Source: Tubulanus polymorphus (Eukaryota > Animalia > Nemertea). From it: a DNA stretch of 64,000 bases. The stretch is from the NCBI RefSeq assembly GCF_964204645.1, contig NC_134026.1, positions 14,728,150-14,792,149 of the forward strand, written 5' to 3'. Under the pieces are notes generated by a model. It was given only the letters and a program-made list of their open reading frames with translations. It had not been told where the DNA came from and made no database searches. The position numbers were made by a program, and so were the translations under genes. Below, one piece after another: positions 1-12,722 of this stretch (its first letter is position 1; every line of letters starts with the position of its first letter).

Positions 1-3000
1 TCTTTTGTTTCTTCTCTTTTGAATTTTATATATTCATCTAAATTGCAACCATACGCGACTGTGTGGATTCCATCATCTAAAATATATCTTTTATCATCAA
101 ATGGGTTTAGACTTATCTTTTCAATTTCTTCAATATACATTTCATGATCTTCAGATCTTAAACATTTCATTTTATGTTTTCTAACTTCTTCATTAAATAT
201 ACAATTGATGTAATCTTTAAAATGAATATTCTTTTCAACAACGCTTTTGGTTATTCCTTTTAACTTTTTAGCTTCATGTTCTTTAGTTTTATATGAATAC
301 ATTTTAGATCTAATACCTATGAACTCTATCATTTCTTCACCACCTAATTCATCTTTAAACTTCCCGGGAACTTTTTTATTATCATTGCTAAACAATTCAT
401 GATCTTTAGGATAGTTACTGAAATCAAAATGATGATTTAATATTTTTAAATCATCAGTTATGTTATCACTTTTTATCTTTAATATGTAAGAATCTGTATC
501 TAGATATAAGATTTCTATATTTTTTTCCCCAAAATGGGGTTGCAATACATTATAATAGAATTCATACATCAATAGCTTTGATAACTCTAAAACTGCAGCT
601 CCAACATAAATAGGTTTATTGAACTTCATAGAAGTTCTTTTTAATTTAACTGCTGCTAAATTTTCATCAAATATTCTATTACCTATGAATTTCGGATACG
701 ATTGCAAATGTCTAATTCTTTTACCATTACTAACTAACTCAATATCATTTCTATTTCTTATGTTTTCACATGTTTTTCCATAGAACGCATTATTCATTAG
801 TTTAAAGTAATCTTTTTCAAAATCAGTTTTAGCTTCAGTTCTCTGTGTAGTATTAAAATCTATATATTTTTCTAACCACTTAGATTGATTAAATGAAATA
901 TATCTATGTACTTTTTTTAATATCATTCCTTGTCTCAAATAAAACTTCAACATTCTATAATGTACTACATAATTATATTTATCTTCTTGAGTTACCATTA
1001 ACTTTTCAGTATGAATATGATTATCGGGTTTAATTCTTTTTTGATAATTTGATAATTCTTCATGTTTAACAGTTTTATGTTCGGGACAATATTCTAGATT
1101 TCTAGATTTGAATTTAATATTTTCAGGGTATTCTAAGTCTACAACGAAGAAGTAACCAATATCTGAATCATCTGCAATATCTAGGATTCTTTTCTTCCAA
1201 TCAAATTTATCAATTTGTAAAACTTCAGTTATTTCAAACATCCCATAAGGTTGTGGTTCCATCATTGCCCAACCATAAAGATTATTTGCATCTATGTATA
1301 ATAATTTATATCCAGGATTATCATTTACATTGAAATATCTATCACCTAATACACCTGAAACACCTCCTCTTATAGATTTTTCAAATAATAGTAATTGATC
1401 TATATTTGTTAACAAATCCATTTTTATATCTGTAAATTTTAAACCACAATCCCAAGTTAATCCTGGGCTAGAATAACAATGACAAGGATCAATATTGAAA
1501 TATTTTAGGTTTACATCTCTAAACCTTTCGAATATATCGGTTAATAATAATACATCTGATTTTAAATATAAATCTACTAATTGTCCATGATTTTTAATTT
1601 CAAAATGATTCCAAATATTCAATGTTCTATTATATACTTCATCTTTAACATATTCATTTTTTAATTCATCATAGAATTGTTCTTTCAATAATTCAGTTAT
1701 TTTAAAATCATTATGATTTTTATAGAAAGAATATGGAATTGCGCCTTTATATCTCATTAATTTAAAATCATCATAATTTGGGTAATATTCTTTTAATATC
1801 TTTAATTCATCATCAACTAATGATTTTGATAAGTTATCTAATGAACTATTTAAAAATCTATATGAATCTATAAATCTTAGACAACCAAATTGGAATGATA
1901 TATAATTCTCAGATGTTTTAGCTAACATTCTAAATTTATAAGTTGGTATTTTATCTTTTGATCTATTTGAATTTAATATTTCTATTTCATTATTGATTTC
2001 TTCTATTTTATGACACAGTTGCTTAATGAATAAATGCGCGTCATACCCCGATAAATTGTGAAATATAATGGGGACAAAATTTACTTTTTTAGCTTGTAAA
2101 TTGCAAGCCTCATGCGCTGCACCTCTAAATTTACCATTCAAATGATCATGGTCTCTTACTTTTTTATCTTTATAATTAAATAGTTTTTCACAATAATAAC
2201 ATTTATCTGCAAACTCAAATACTTCTTTATCTTCTTCTGTCATAATTATTTCTTTATTTGTATTCAATAATTTACTAAATCTTATTTCATATTCAATTAA
2301 TAAGTCACAAAAATGATTGATAACATTTTCATTTCTATACTGATAATATTCACTTTCAATTAGTTCTGGATAATCAGATTTAATGTATAACCCGAAAGCT
2401 GCAGCTGATTGATGAATCTTTTTAATTGTATTTGTTATTGGTGGTTCTTCTGAATAATCACTTTCATTAGAATTTAATTTCTTTCTTTTATAATATATAT
2501 CTTTTCTATCTTTATCTGTTAATTCTTTATTAAATGATTCAAAATCTCCATATATTACAAATGGTACTTTATTTTTGTAATCATATTTTTTGAATTCTAA
2601 TATTTTATCTTTTTCACTTGGTAAAACTAATTTACAATAATCATGATTATCACATAGTTGTTTATGATTTAATAATGTACTTTCATTACTGAATTTATGT
2701 AAACATTTTCTACAAAGATATATTTTATGGTGATCATTTTCTGATTTGAAAAATAAATCGATTTGTTTAATCCACATATAATGATTCTCATAATATAGTA
2801 TATCTATAACATCATTTGAATCATAATCTTTTGATAGATATAAAGGTTCTAATGTATAATGTTTTATGTTGTTACCTTTTGTATTTGGTAATTTAATTAA
2901 ATCAAATACATTTATTTTAAGATTATTATCTCTTTCTATTTTTGGAATATTTTTAATTCTAACAGGATACTTATCTATCTTATAATTATTTTCAAATTGT

Positions 3001-3998
3001 TTATAATGAGTTAATCTATAAGTATGTTTATTATAATCTTCAACTGGGTGTAAACAACTTATTATAGCCCATAGAAAACATTTATCATCTTCATTTTGTA
3101 CATTTATTACACCATTAGTTTTAAATGGTAGTTTAATATAACTTGTTCCATTTATACTATCATCTTTATAATATGATAAATTATTTTCATCAATTGGTTT
3201 TGATTTAGTTAACTTATTATATTTTGTGTTATAAACATGTAAAGTTATAAATATTATCTCATCAAATATTAAACCAGATCCTTCAAAATATTTCTCTTCT
3301 ATTTTAGTTTTTATTTCATTATAACATTTATTTAATTTATCATCTATATGTTGTTTAGATATAATATGTTGTGAATGAGAATTTATATTATATATTGGTT
3401 TATCTTCAGATTTTATAAACTTTACTTTAACTGATATACTAATTTTAGGATATTCAACATCTGTAATTATTTTTATTATTTCTTTCATATTTTCTAAATG
3501 TTTTTTATTTTCTTCTAATGTTTTACCTTTATGAAATTTAAACTCGATAGCTGCTGGACCAATATCACTTTTAAATGCTTCGGTTATCTCTATATCTTTT
3601 TTATTATCTAATGAATTAATATAATTTCTTACATCTTCCATGTATGGTCTTTTATTGTTTAATTTATTTTTTATTCTTTTAATTGTCTTCTGTTTCTTAT
3701 CGTTATCATTATCAAAATAATCTTCGCCTAAAATATCATTATTCTTATTTCTAATATGACTTATAGATTTTAAATGTTCTTTATAATATCTTTTATCACT
3801 GAATGATTGATTACATGTATCACATTTGTATGTTTCTTTTTCATTCTTTAATTCTTCTAATTTAGTTTCTAATATATCATCTTTATATTCTAGTTTCAAT
3901 TTATTCTCTAAATGTGTTCTAGTTTTATTGTGTCTTGCTTTTTGGGATTTATCTATATCGATATTACATGTTGGGCAGTAGTACTTATTTGCTTCCAT
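1..3998 (-). CDS. Protein-primed family B DNA polymerase (pPolB) of a Polinton/adintovirus-like element; 3' end lies outside the window
   Basis: ATG at 3998 (MEANKYYCPTCNIDIDKSQKARHNKTRTH...). Frame checked by hand at 3071, 2105, 1265 and 500. Motifs read: exonuclease VIYGDFES and FHNLSGYD, endonuclease VII/HNH-like insert CYYC..VRDHDHLNGKFRGAAHEACN, polymerase YIDANNLYGWAM, KLMNNAFYGK, YLDTDS; N-terminal zinc fingers and DDKCFLWAI...NHYMWI (vOTU-like). The track lists no ORF here, as expected for one open frame running off the edge. Confidence 0.95.
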   Translation of the reverse strand, partial: MEANKYYCPTCNIDIDKSQKARHNKTRTHLENKLKLEYKDDILETKLEELKNEKETYKCDTCNQSFSDKRYYKEHLKSISHIRNKNNDILGEDYFDNDNDKKQKTIKRIKNKLNNKRPYMEDVRNYINSLDNKKDIEITEAFKSDIGPAAIEFKFHKGKTLEENKKHLENMKEIIKIITDVEYPKISISVKVKFIKSEDKPIYNINSHSQHIISKQHIDDKLNKCYNEIKTKIEEKYFEGSGLIFDEIIFITLHVYNTKYNKLTKSKPIDENNLSYYKDDSINGTSYIKLPFKTNGVINVQNEDDKCFLWAIISCLHPVEDYNKHTYRLTHYKQFENNYKIDKYPVRIKNIPKIERDNNLKINVFDLIKLPNTKGNNIKHYTLEPLYLSKDYDSNDVIDILYYENHYMWIKQIDLFFKSENDHHKIYLCRKCLHKFSNESTLLNHKQLCDNHDYCKLVLPSEKDKILEFKKYDYKNKVPFVIYGDFESFNKELTDKDRKDIYYKRKKLNSNESDYSEEPPITNTIKKIHQSAAAFGLYIKSDYPELIESEYYQYRNENVINHFCDLLIEYEIRFSKLLNTNKEIIMTEEDKEVFEFADKCYYCEKLFNYKDKKVRDHDHLNGKFRGAAHEACNLQAKKVNFVPIIFHNLSGYDAHLFIKQLCHKIEEINNEIEILNSNRSKDKIPTYKFRMLAKTSENYISFQFGCLRFIDSYRFLNSSLDNLSKSLVDDELKILKEYYPNYDDFKLMRYKGAIPYSFYKNHNDFKITELLKEQFYDELKNEYVKDEVYNRTLNIWNHFEIKNHGQLVDLYLKSDVLLLTDIFERFRDVNLKYFNIDPCHCYSSPGLTWDCGLKFTDIKMDLLTNIDQLLLFEKSIRGGVSGVLGDRYFNVNDNPGYKLLYIDANNLYGWAMMEPQPYGMFEITEVLQIDKFDWKKRILDIADDSDIGYFFVVDLEYPENIKFKSRNLEYCPEHKTVKHEELSNYQKRIKPDNHIHTEKLMVTQEDKYNYVVHYRMLKFYLRQGMILKKVHRYISFNQSKWLEKYIDFNTTQRTEAKTDFEKDYFKLMNNAFYGKTCENIRNRNDIELVSNGKRIRHLQSYPKFIGNRIFDENLAAVKLKRTSMKFNKPIYVGAAVLELSKLLMYEFYYNVLQPHFGEKNIEILYLDTDSYILKIKSDNITDDLKILNHHFDFSNYPKDHELFSNDNKKVPGKFKDELGGEEMIEFIGIRSKMYSYKTKEHEAKKLKGITKSVVEKNIHFKDYINCIFNEEVRKHKMKCLRSEDHEMYIEEIEKISLNPFDDKRYILDDGIHTVAYGCNLDEYIKFKREETK

Positions 3999-4080
3999 TT
4001 TAATACTATATTTTTTATTAAAATTGATTTTAGAAGTTCAATGATTTAAATGTTATTCATATATATATGAATATTTTAAG

Positions 4081-4488
4081 AGTAATAGGGGTAATGGGCT
4101 TTCAAGCTAAAGGTTTAATGATCGAGCCCATTAAAAAACAAAATATTAAAAGTAATTAAAAAACTATAATATATTTTCATAACCGTGTGCATTTCAGTTG
4201 AATAATAGAATAATTATTATCATTTGAATATATTTGATTATTTGAATTTGTGTATTGTAATTAAATCAATTGGTCGCGGAGCGGAGCGGTGGCGAAGCGG
4301 AGCGACCAATTGATTTAATACAATATGCTTTTTATATTATTGATATCTTAGAATAAATATTTAGTTTTGATATAAAATACACGTGGTTATGAAAATATAT
4401 TATAGTTTTTTAATTACTTTTAATATTTTGTTTTTTAATGGGCTCGACCGTTCGACCTTTGGCCTGAAAGCCCATTACCCCTATTACT
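4081..4488. repeat. 408-bp fold-back terminal palindrome of element 1
   Basis: 4081-4185 (AGTAATAGGGGTAATGGGCTTTCA...TTTTCATAACC) is the reverse complement of about 4385-4488; central perfect 17-bp stem 4261-4277/4302-4318 around a GGAGC-rich loop. Confidence 0.95.
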
Positions 4489-4558
4489 GATATCATTGAA
4501 AATATAAAAGGAAATCTAATTTTGAAATATATATGAAACTGATTTTAAAATTTTACAG

Positions 4559-5058
4559 GGTTCGTGTAGCAGCACTACACTTCAAGGAAAATGGTAGCAG
4601 AAAACAAGCTAAGATTAAGTTTGGTAAACCCTGCTACACTTTATCTTTTAAGTAGGCATTTTACAAGTAGCATCATTCCAATTTAACATAGTCTAACATA
4701 AAATCTAATGGGTAGTGGGTAGTCATTATGTATTTTATTCAAAGCTTTCTACCGGAAGATACAGAAAACTGAACTTTTCTATAAATAAAATTCGTGGATT
4801 TTATTGATTTTCAATATTCCTGTATTCATATTTTATACAGATGACGTACTTCGGGAAGTATTCGAGACGGCTAAGAGGGTTCCTAGTACGTTGGAGGCCG
4901 ATGATCTATATGTGCCACCATCATTGAGTGCGGGTCGAGATAGAATCTCCAAAGAAGATGCCATTAGGCAGCATTCAAGCCGATTCAAAAGTACTGAAAA
5001 AGTTGCATGCCGTCCCAGAAGCTCTCCCTTCAAATTCAAACAAAACTTGTCGAAATAA
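4559..5058 (+). pseudogene. Kolobok transposase, last exons (degenerate)
   Basis: After acceptor ttttacag: RVRVAALHFKENGSRKQAK (cf. RLxLAALHFNEN); after ttttatacag: DVLREVFE...VPPSLSAGRDRISKEDAIRQHSSRF, a typical C-terminus for this family. Confidence 0.7.
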
Positions 5059-5841
5059 GAGAAAGAAGATATACTGATTGATGTACATGTAAAACTTGAT
5101 ACAATGATTTATTAGCCCACTTGATATATTTTGTATTTGTACTTTATTACCATTACCAGACTGTAAGAGTGTATACATGATAGTGTGATTGACCGCATGA
5201 GTGTTTGATGAAGGCGTATGGCTGTATTTGTATATAGATGTGTTTGTGTGAATCAGTGTGTGCTGGAGGATTAGAAACCTTTATTAGTCTTTTTTGGCTT
5301 CATTTTAATGAATATTTCATATTTCGTATATCTCTGTTACGTTGTAATTTATTGTTGAAATTAAAAACCAGAGCCTCGCTACAGTTATTACTTTGGACAA
5401 CCTCACTAAGAAACCTTGTAGGCTAAAAAGAAATAATACCTTGTTTCTGATAAGCCTGGGTCCAGTTTCACAAAAGACTTTTAAGCCTAAAACGGTTAAC
5501 TTTGAATTGTTGTCCTCTTTGAAAACATGATGTAACCAATGGCAATTACACAAAAAATTTGAGTTTAACTTTTTTGTGAAACCGAGCCCTGGTAATTGTT
5601 GATATATTATTTGATATTTGATCCTTTCCACAGTACAAACTGCTAGGTCTGTTATTGTTAGCATGATCATGATTTGAAGAAGTATTTTTCAGGGTTGATA
5701 GAAATAGAAATGATAAACAAGGTATCAAATTTTTAAGCCTTACCATTGACTGAGTGTTGAGTAACAAAGAGTCAAAAGTCCAAATTCTCATTCTTATAGG
5801 CAGTAGAATAGTATTTTATTGATATAATGACATCGTTTCAA

Positions 5842-6857
5842 TTAGTCCAAAATAGGGAGACGAAACCCTCTGTAGTTGGAGTTCTCCTCATCTGCCTCCG
5901 GAAAGTGAGCGCGAATACAAGATACAACACACGATGGAATGATGACACGGTTATTTTTTCCACAGAAAGCCCAACACCATCGAACGAACTGTCTATACGA
6001 AATATGGCGATATTTTGCATGAAGCGGCCTATCGAATGATTTGTTATTGTCAGAATTTCTTGCATTTATATCCGTACTTCGTTCTCTTCATGACAACATA
6101 CACATTCTGCTTCAGTGTGGAGAATCTGACAGTGTTTACATTGGCTCCTGGAAAATAAGAGAATAGGAGCCTGTTCTAACTTGGCTTCTTACTAGACATA
6201 AAAGACATGTCAAAAGATTTGACAGCACTAGCAGTAAACAATTGACAACAGATTCAATTTAGATCGATGGATGGCACTAGCTCAGCTGAAATTCAAATGT
6301 CAAGCCGACACACAGGACACATCCCGATTATAATCCCTAAATTTCAAGACATAAACATTGCCATCGAAGCTTCTAAAAGCAATCAAAATATTAAAAATTG
6401 ATTTATAGAACTTTTTATCGATGTGAGAACATTGAAAAAAAATACGAACGTTGAGAAATTCAGATGATGAATATTTCTATGCCGCGGCCTACCACGTGGC
6501 GCCGGTGTAGGTAAAATTGTATTATTTAAGCGAATTCCATAGCTGACGATTCTTTGATCAAAAATTATAAATTTTAGAAAGCGTAGCAATGAGTTGGACA
6601 TAAAATCTTACCACTTGTCTACATTGTCTAATTCTAAACGCCAAAATGCGATCTGGACGAACCTCTGGTCTTTCGCTTTCATCACTTTCGTCATCGTCAG
6701 GTTCGTATAAATGCGGTGGCATTTGACCAGCAATAGCTCCAATCGGTATTTCTTCGTCTTCTCCGTCTTCTAGCTCGAAAGCACCGGTGAAATCCTCCCA
6801 GGAATCAGTATTTTCCGAGTCGGAGTGTGTACTACGGCGTTCTTCATTATCCGCCTT
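5842..6857 (-). pseudogene. P2X7 C-terminal (ballast)/nanor-like Cys-rich protein, Kolobok accessory gene; two exons (6857-6612, 6147-5842)
   Basis: Acidic exon 1 ending DKW at a gtaag donor; exon 2 QCKHCQILHTEAECVCCHE then, after stop/frameshift, YRHISYRQFVRWCWAFCGKNNRVIIPSCVVSCIRAHFPEA..YRGF. Confidence 0.8.
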
Positions 6858-7734
6858 TGTTTTAGAAACAGTTCACGACGTGAGGTCACATCAGGTGATA
6901 ACCAACAACACCGCGTGGCTGATCAAAGCAAACTTCGTATTATTTTTAAACTGCCCTGAATCACAACAATTTGTACTAAAAGTTATTTTTAGCGTTTGGA
7001 TATGAAATATAGGTTTACGGTTTATATTGTTATGATAAAACATATAAATTACAAATTCTATCAAACAGAAAACACAGCGCTCATCTTCTGCTGCGACGAT
7101 TATTCAGCCTGTTATCATTATTACCAAACGTGAACGCGCCAAGCAGCGTTACAGCATCACCATATAGTAGTCTGTATGAGCGCATGTGTTTGTGTGTGCA
7201 ACAGTCTAATGTATGTTTAGCACTCCCGCGCACGTGGAGGCCGTGTGTAGTGAACGTTCGCTTCAAGCTCAATCAACACAATCACCGGGTATTAAAATGA
7301 AACAATACCTAAATGGCGATATGTGTAATAATCATATTCTCACCAGCAATGAGCATTTAAAATTCGCATATATAAGGCACCTAGTCCAATGAAACGTTCG
7401 CCATTAATGGCTTTCCCATAATTTTTTAAGTAGCGCCGGAATTCCCCGTATATCCCCATCACATTCGCTTGTAGAGACGATGCCCCCCCCCCCCCAATCG
7501 AGGTCATTGCAATTTTATACGCGAGAGCCAAGAATTTCCCCGCCAAAAACAGTTTTTCTTCGAATTTAATCTAAGTTGACCATGTCATCGACGGAGGTTC
7601 GCCATGTCTTCAATCGCATCGATTATACGTCGTTTAACCCGAGAACCAATGAAAAAATGCTCACATCAAAAACGTACCGCGATTTTACATGAATTGGCAA
7701 AATGCCCACCTCATACCGCTGACAAAGGTAAACC

Positions 7735-7894
7735 AAAAAACATACACGATTAACAGAAACTAAAACTAAGAATATAAGATTAAATAATGATTCTAAAATA
7801 AATACATCAGAAAACATTAAAACTGATAATATTCAACATGATATAATTGAAAGTAATAATAATATATCACATGAAAATGCTAAATTAGCTATAA

Positions 7895-7980
<86 letters not shown>

Positions 7981-9100
7981 TTTAGATTTTAATTTTTATA
8001 TGATATAAATGGAAGGAGAAGGTATGGAAGGCGTAGAAGATTTTTGGAATGGATACTTACGACGAACCTGGTATGACTAATGAACAACCACCTGATTTTA
8101 CTGACACAAGTTTTAGCAACGTTAATGAAACAGCATATAATTCTAATTTAGAAGGCCCGGATTCTTATAATCTAGAGGGTTTTAAAAGAAACAATAAATC
8201 AAGAATCGATCCTGAAAATGATAATCTAGATTTAGTAAAAAAAAGACTAAGAACATAATGAATCAATTCATCATTTTAAACCTATATTTGAAAGATCAGG
8301 ATATAATATAAATGATATAGGTACTTATTGCCACATTTGAAATCTTTAGATGGCGAATATTATTATCATTTGAAAGATGATTACTAAATTAATATTTCTT
8401 ACAAAAATCAAAATAAAATATTAGTAGCAGCAACTTGAGTAATTTAGAACCATCTAGAATTAAAGGAATAATTGGTAATGATGTTATTACTGATGTTACA
8501 AAACATAAATAAAAGAGTATTTAAACAAAGAATTTGTGAATTATTTGAAATGGTTAATAATAATTTAGATAGAACCAGTATCAACTTCTTAATGGAATAT
8601 AACTTCTAAAACTAATAAACCTGAATCAAATAACGTTCCAATTGAAAAACTTTTACCAAATGGATTACTTGATGCGCCCGATCAAGAAATAGAAGCTTTA
8701 AATAAACAATTTTCTGATAAAACAATTAGAGAAGTTAAAGGTATAAGAAATGAAGCTGATACAATTGCCACAATAAAATGATTGGCGATTATGAAATTAA
8801 AACTTTAGAAGATGAATTATCAAAAAATGAAGAATTAAAACATTTAAAGTTAGATAAATGTAGATAGAGATAATAAAGTTATTGAAGAAATTGAATTAAA
8901 GAAAAAGAAATGTGAGTTTGGGAAAAGAAATTGATGATTTAAATTAATTTCTAGAAGTGCAGAAAGAAGAAAAATATATACTATTAAAATCAGAAGCTAA
9001 TAATTTTAAATGATTAAAATTTATTATTAAAGATTCATTAATAAAACCAAATTCTTAATTATCATTAAAAGATGGAATAAAATTAGTATTTAAGTTATAA
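7735..9100 (+). mobile_element. Fragment of the same Polinton-like family (end of one gene plus a decayed acidic/coiled-coil gene starting near 8009)
   Basis: 7735-7900 is a close reverse-complement match to 49968-50145 (AACAGAAACTAAAACTAAGAATAT...CATGAAAATGCTAAATTAGCTATAACTTAT); next gene begins at a TATAAATG. Right boundary approximate. Confidence 0.8.
7897..7974. repeat. (TA)n microsatellite
   Basis: Direct reading. Confidence 0.99.
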
Positions 9101-9927
9101 GATGATCTCGCTTTACAAGTTCCCACAAGTCAGAAGCCCTTTGCAGCATCTAAGTAGGCTATAGACAAAACATTGTATCCATTGCATATGCCTGTGGATG
9201 ACAGTAGCTAGTGAGTCATTGGGAAAACCCATTTCCACGTATTGATCTACTGCTGCTCATAATAGTTCGTGGCTCCTCTTCGCGGAATACTTTATCTCTT
9301 CATATGTGGTTTTTAAATTACCTAGATAAACTTTTCTTTTTTGGAAAATATTTTGAAAGGCAGGTCGATTTTCCTGGAAAAAATTATTCCTGAAATTGGT
9401 CCGGTCTGGTGTATGAACCAATTAAGTTGTTTGACAAGCGCAGCTTCGCCCCTCGAAATGTCGATGACGACGTCAGATATAAACAATGACATTACCAAGA
9501 GCGCAATGCAAATAGACAAATAAGAAACAAGAAAATTAATTTTAATGAATTATAAATTGCTAATCGGGATCGTTCTCATGAAACCGGCATACCCGGCCCT
9601 AATATTTTCTAAAACATTTGAATACTGAAATTATATGTTTACACATTTCTACAATGATCGCTTGTGGCCACCGAAAATTTTTAAGCCAGGCCCTACACAG
9701 ATTTTAGATAGTTTCGTCATTCCACCAGCATCCATATGACAGGGCCTTACTTTTATATCAGACTTCCGCATCGTGTATGCATCCGCCATTTAACCGAATA
9801 ATCCGATTTAGTTATCATTTCTATTTGTGCCTGCCGCTTCTGATGTCATACAACCATTACTATTACAATGCGTCTTCTCATGATATTCAATGCAATATGA
9901 TATTTTGACGTTCATTATATACTATAA

Positions 9928-10244
<317 letters not shown>

Positions 10245-10459
10245 GTTAACCATTCAGCGTCATTTTACAAATCACAACCGTAAATCGCTATGCAAAACGT
10301 CACAGGGTTATGTGTACACATAAAAACTATTTGGCAAAACATTATTGACGAAGATGTAGAATGTCTTCCTGCATCCGACGATGAATAAATTTCTTCGGAG
10401 GTATATTTGGTGTATATCAGATGTGAACTATTTCTTATATTTTTTTCATAATTTTTGAA

Positions 10460-12722
10460 GTGGAGACCGGTGTCGGCAACCACGCACGTACCTACCAGTA
10501 CTGCAGACCTAACAGACCATAGCAGTCAATCACAACGACTGAATGACAGCAAGCGATTAACACGCATACTCGCGCGCTCTCCAAAACCTCACAGAAAAAA
10601 AAAAAATCAAAATTGCGTGTATCCTACCGAGAAGAGGCCGCCAGTATAAACCAGCGACTAGAATCTTTTACTAAATCGAACAATTATCAATTTTACAGAC
10701 ATCGTGTAACCAAGGATGAACTATACGACAACAAACACGTAAAAAAGACTGTATCTACAAAGTAGCGTTAACTGGGAAAGCAGCACTGAATCCACCCTCT
10801 TCTAGGAGATTCTCAACTACTCGACGTATGGACAACGCTGGATCTACCCATAAACTAAAATCGCTGTTGCTACAATTACTTGGATAAATCATCTCTCGGA
10901 CTAATCAACGAACTTTTGGATTTTAATTTCTGAACTGTGATACTACTTCAACTGGACTGATACTACTTCAACTGGACTGTGTTTTCTGTGCATACTTTGG
11001 TTTGATATCTACTCTTTTCACTTGCGTATATATGTACATACTATCTTCATTCTATCCTATATACAATCTCTCTATTCAATATTTCACTTTTATTCTTTAC
11101 TCTATTTACTTTATAAACTCTACTCACCATTCATCTCAAACAATTGATTCCTAATTAAACCACTTATCACTAATTACCCATTCACCTGCCACATACCTAA
11201 TTTGCCTTCTCATTTATTTGACACCTCCTCACTCTGTGAGTCGAGAGTCGGTGAAATAATCATAATTAAACCTAGTGTTTATTATTAGTGCGTGTTAATT
11301 AATTATCGTCTGCACCTTTGTTATGGTCTCCGCTCAAAACAAACTCAACCACCTTAGAGCTCGAATTTTAAACAATCACCAATATAACAATACAGACTTA
11401 AACCTAACTTCACTTCTCAACGATCAGGATCCAAATCTATCTCTAAATCTAAATAGTTCACCTTACTACGACCTTTAACCTTTGAATCTATCCTATTAAT
11501 GATTCCAACTTCAATATCCTTAACTGGAACTGTAATGGTATTCTAGGCAAACTAAACGAACTTCAAAATCTCCTAAATATACTTAAAACCAAAAAAGAAA
11601 TACTTTTCGATGCAATAGCCATACAAGAGACTAAACTAAACTCCACAACCGAATCACTAATAAATCTTCAAAACTACAACTTCATATCAGATTGCACAGA
11701 TTCCCATGGAGGTGGTATAGGACTATTCCTTTCAAAAAACTTTCAGGATAAAGAATGCACACTCATTAACAAACCGACAACAGACCAAAATACACACATT
11801 CAATGGAAATTCATCAAAATATGGAAACAAAATGAAAAACACAAACAAAAAATAATAGGAATTGTCTACAAACCCCCAGCATCAAATACACTTAACTTTC
11901 TTCAGGCTTTTGAAAATGAAATTGCTAAATTAAAATCCGAACTCAGAAGTACTTATTTGTGGTGACTTTAACATCGATATTATCAAATCAACTCAAAATC
12001 CACAAAGTTCCCGATTTTTTGAAATTATGACCACAAACTCATTGACTCATCTTACCACTTTACCAACTAGGGTAACTCATCGAAGTGCCACTCTAATAGA
12101 CAATATATTCACCAATTCACACAACAACTATCACTCGGGTATCTTAACTACACCACTCTCGGATCATTTTCTCACATTCGCTTGCAGTCTCTCCAAAAAA
12201 CAAACAAATAATAGCAAGACTTTCAACACAAAACAAATAATCAACGAACAAGGAATGAAAAACATTTGTGAAAAACTAAGAACAACTAATTTCCAAGCAC
12301 TCCTTCACGATGATGACACCCCAATTAACGATGCCTTTGAATCGTTCTCTTCGACTATTAATCATATTATTGGATCTGAAACAATAACCAAGAAATTCAA
12401 ACACAATAAATATAAGACACCCAAAAAACCTTGGATTACGAAAGGTATAATTCAATCAATATACAACAAAGACAAAAAATATAAACATTTACTCTCGATA
12501 AAAAACCCTACTCTTCAAATAGTTGAATAGAATAACTATAAAATCTATAAAAATAAACTTAACTCTATTATCAGAGCAGCAAAAAACAGCACTATCAAAA
12601 ATCTTTCGAATCTGCAAATGGTAACATCAAAAACACATGGAAAATCTTACAAGAAATAATCAACAAAACAAACAACAAGCAAGACATCACGCACTGATTC
12701 AAAATCAATAACACTGATACAG
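10460..12722 (+). mobile_element. CR1/L2-group LINE, 5' part with decayed AP-endonuclease domain
   Basis: FNILNWNCNG, AIAIQETKL, GGGIGLF, CGDFNIDI, LPTRVTHRSATLIDNIF, LSDHF, KKPWIT; frameshifts and stops. 5' boundary approximate. Confidence 0.85.

Larger units (their letters stand above)
1..4488 (-). mobile_element. Polinton/Maverick (adintovirus-like) element 1, terminal part
   Basis: pPolB gene plus terminus ending ...CCCCTATTACT at 4488 (AGT...ACT-type end), followed directly by Kolobok intron sequence. Confidence 0.9.
4489..7266 (+). mobile_element. Decayed Kolobok-type DNA transposon (3' part), interrupted by Polinton element 1
   Basis: Transposase C-terminal exons on + and a convergent P2X7-ballast-like gene on -; putative end GTGAACGTTCGCTTCAA near 7250-7266 resembles a degenerate TTAA-flanked Kolobok terminus. 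Confidence 0.65.
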
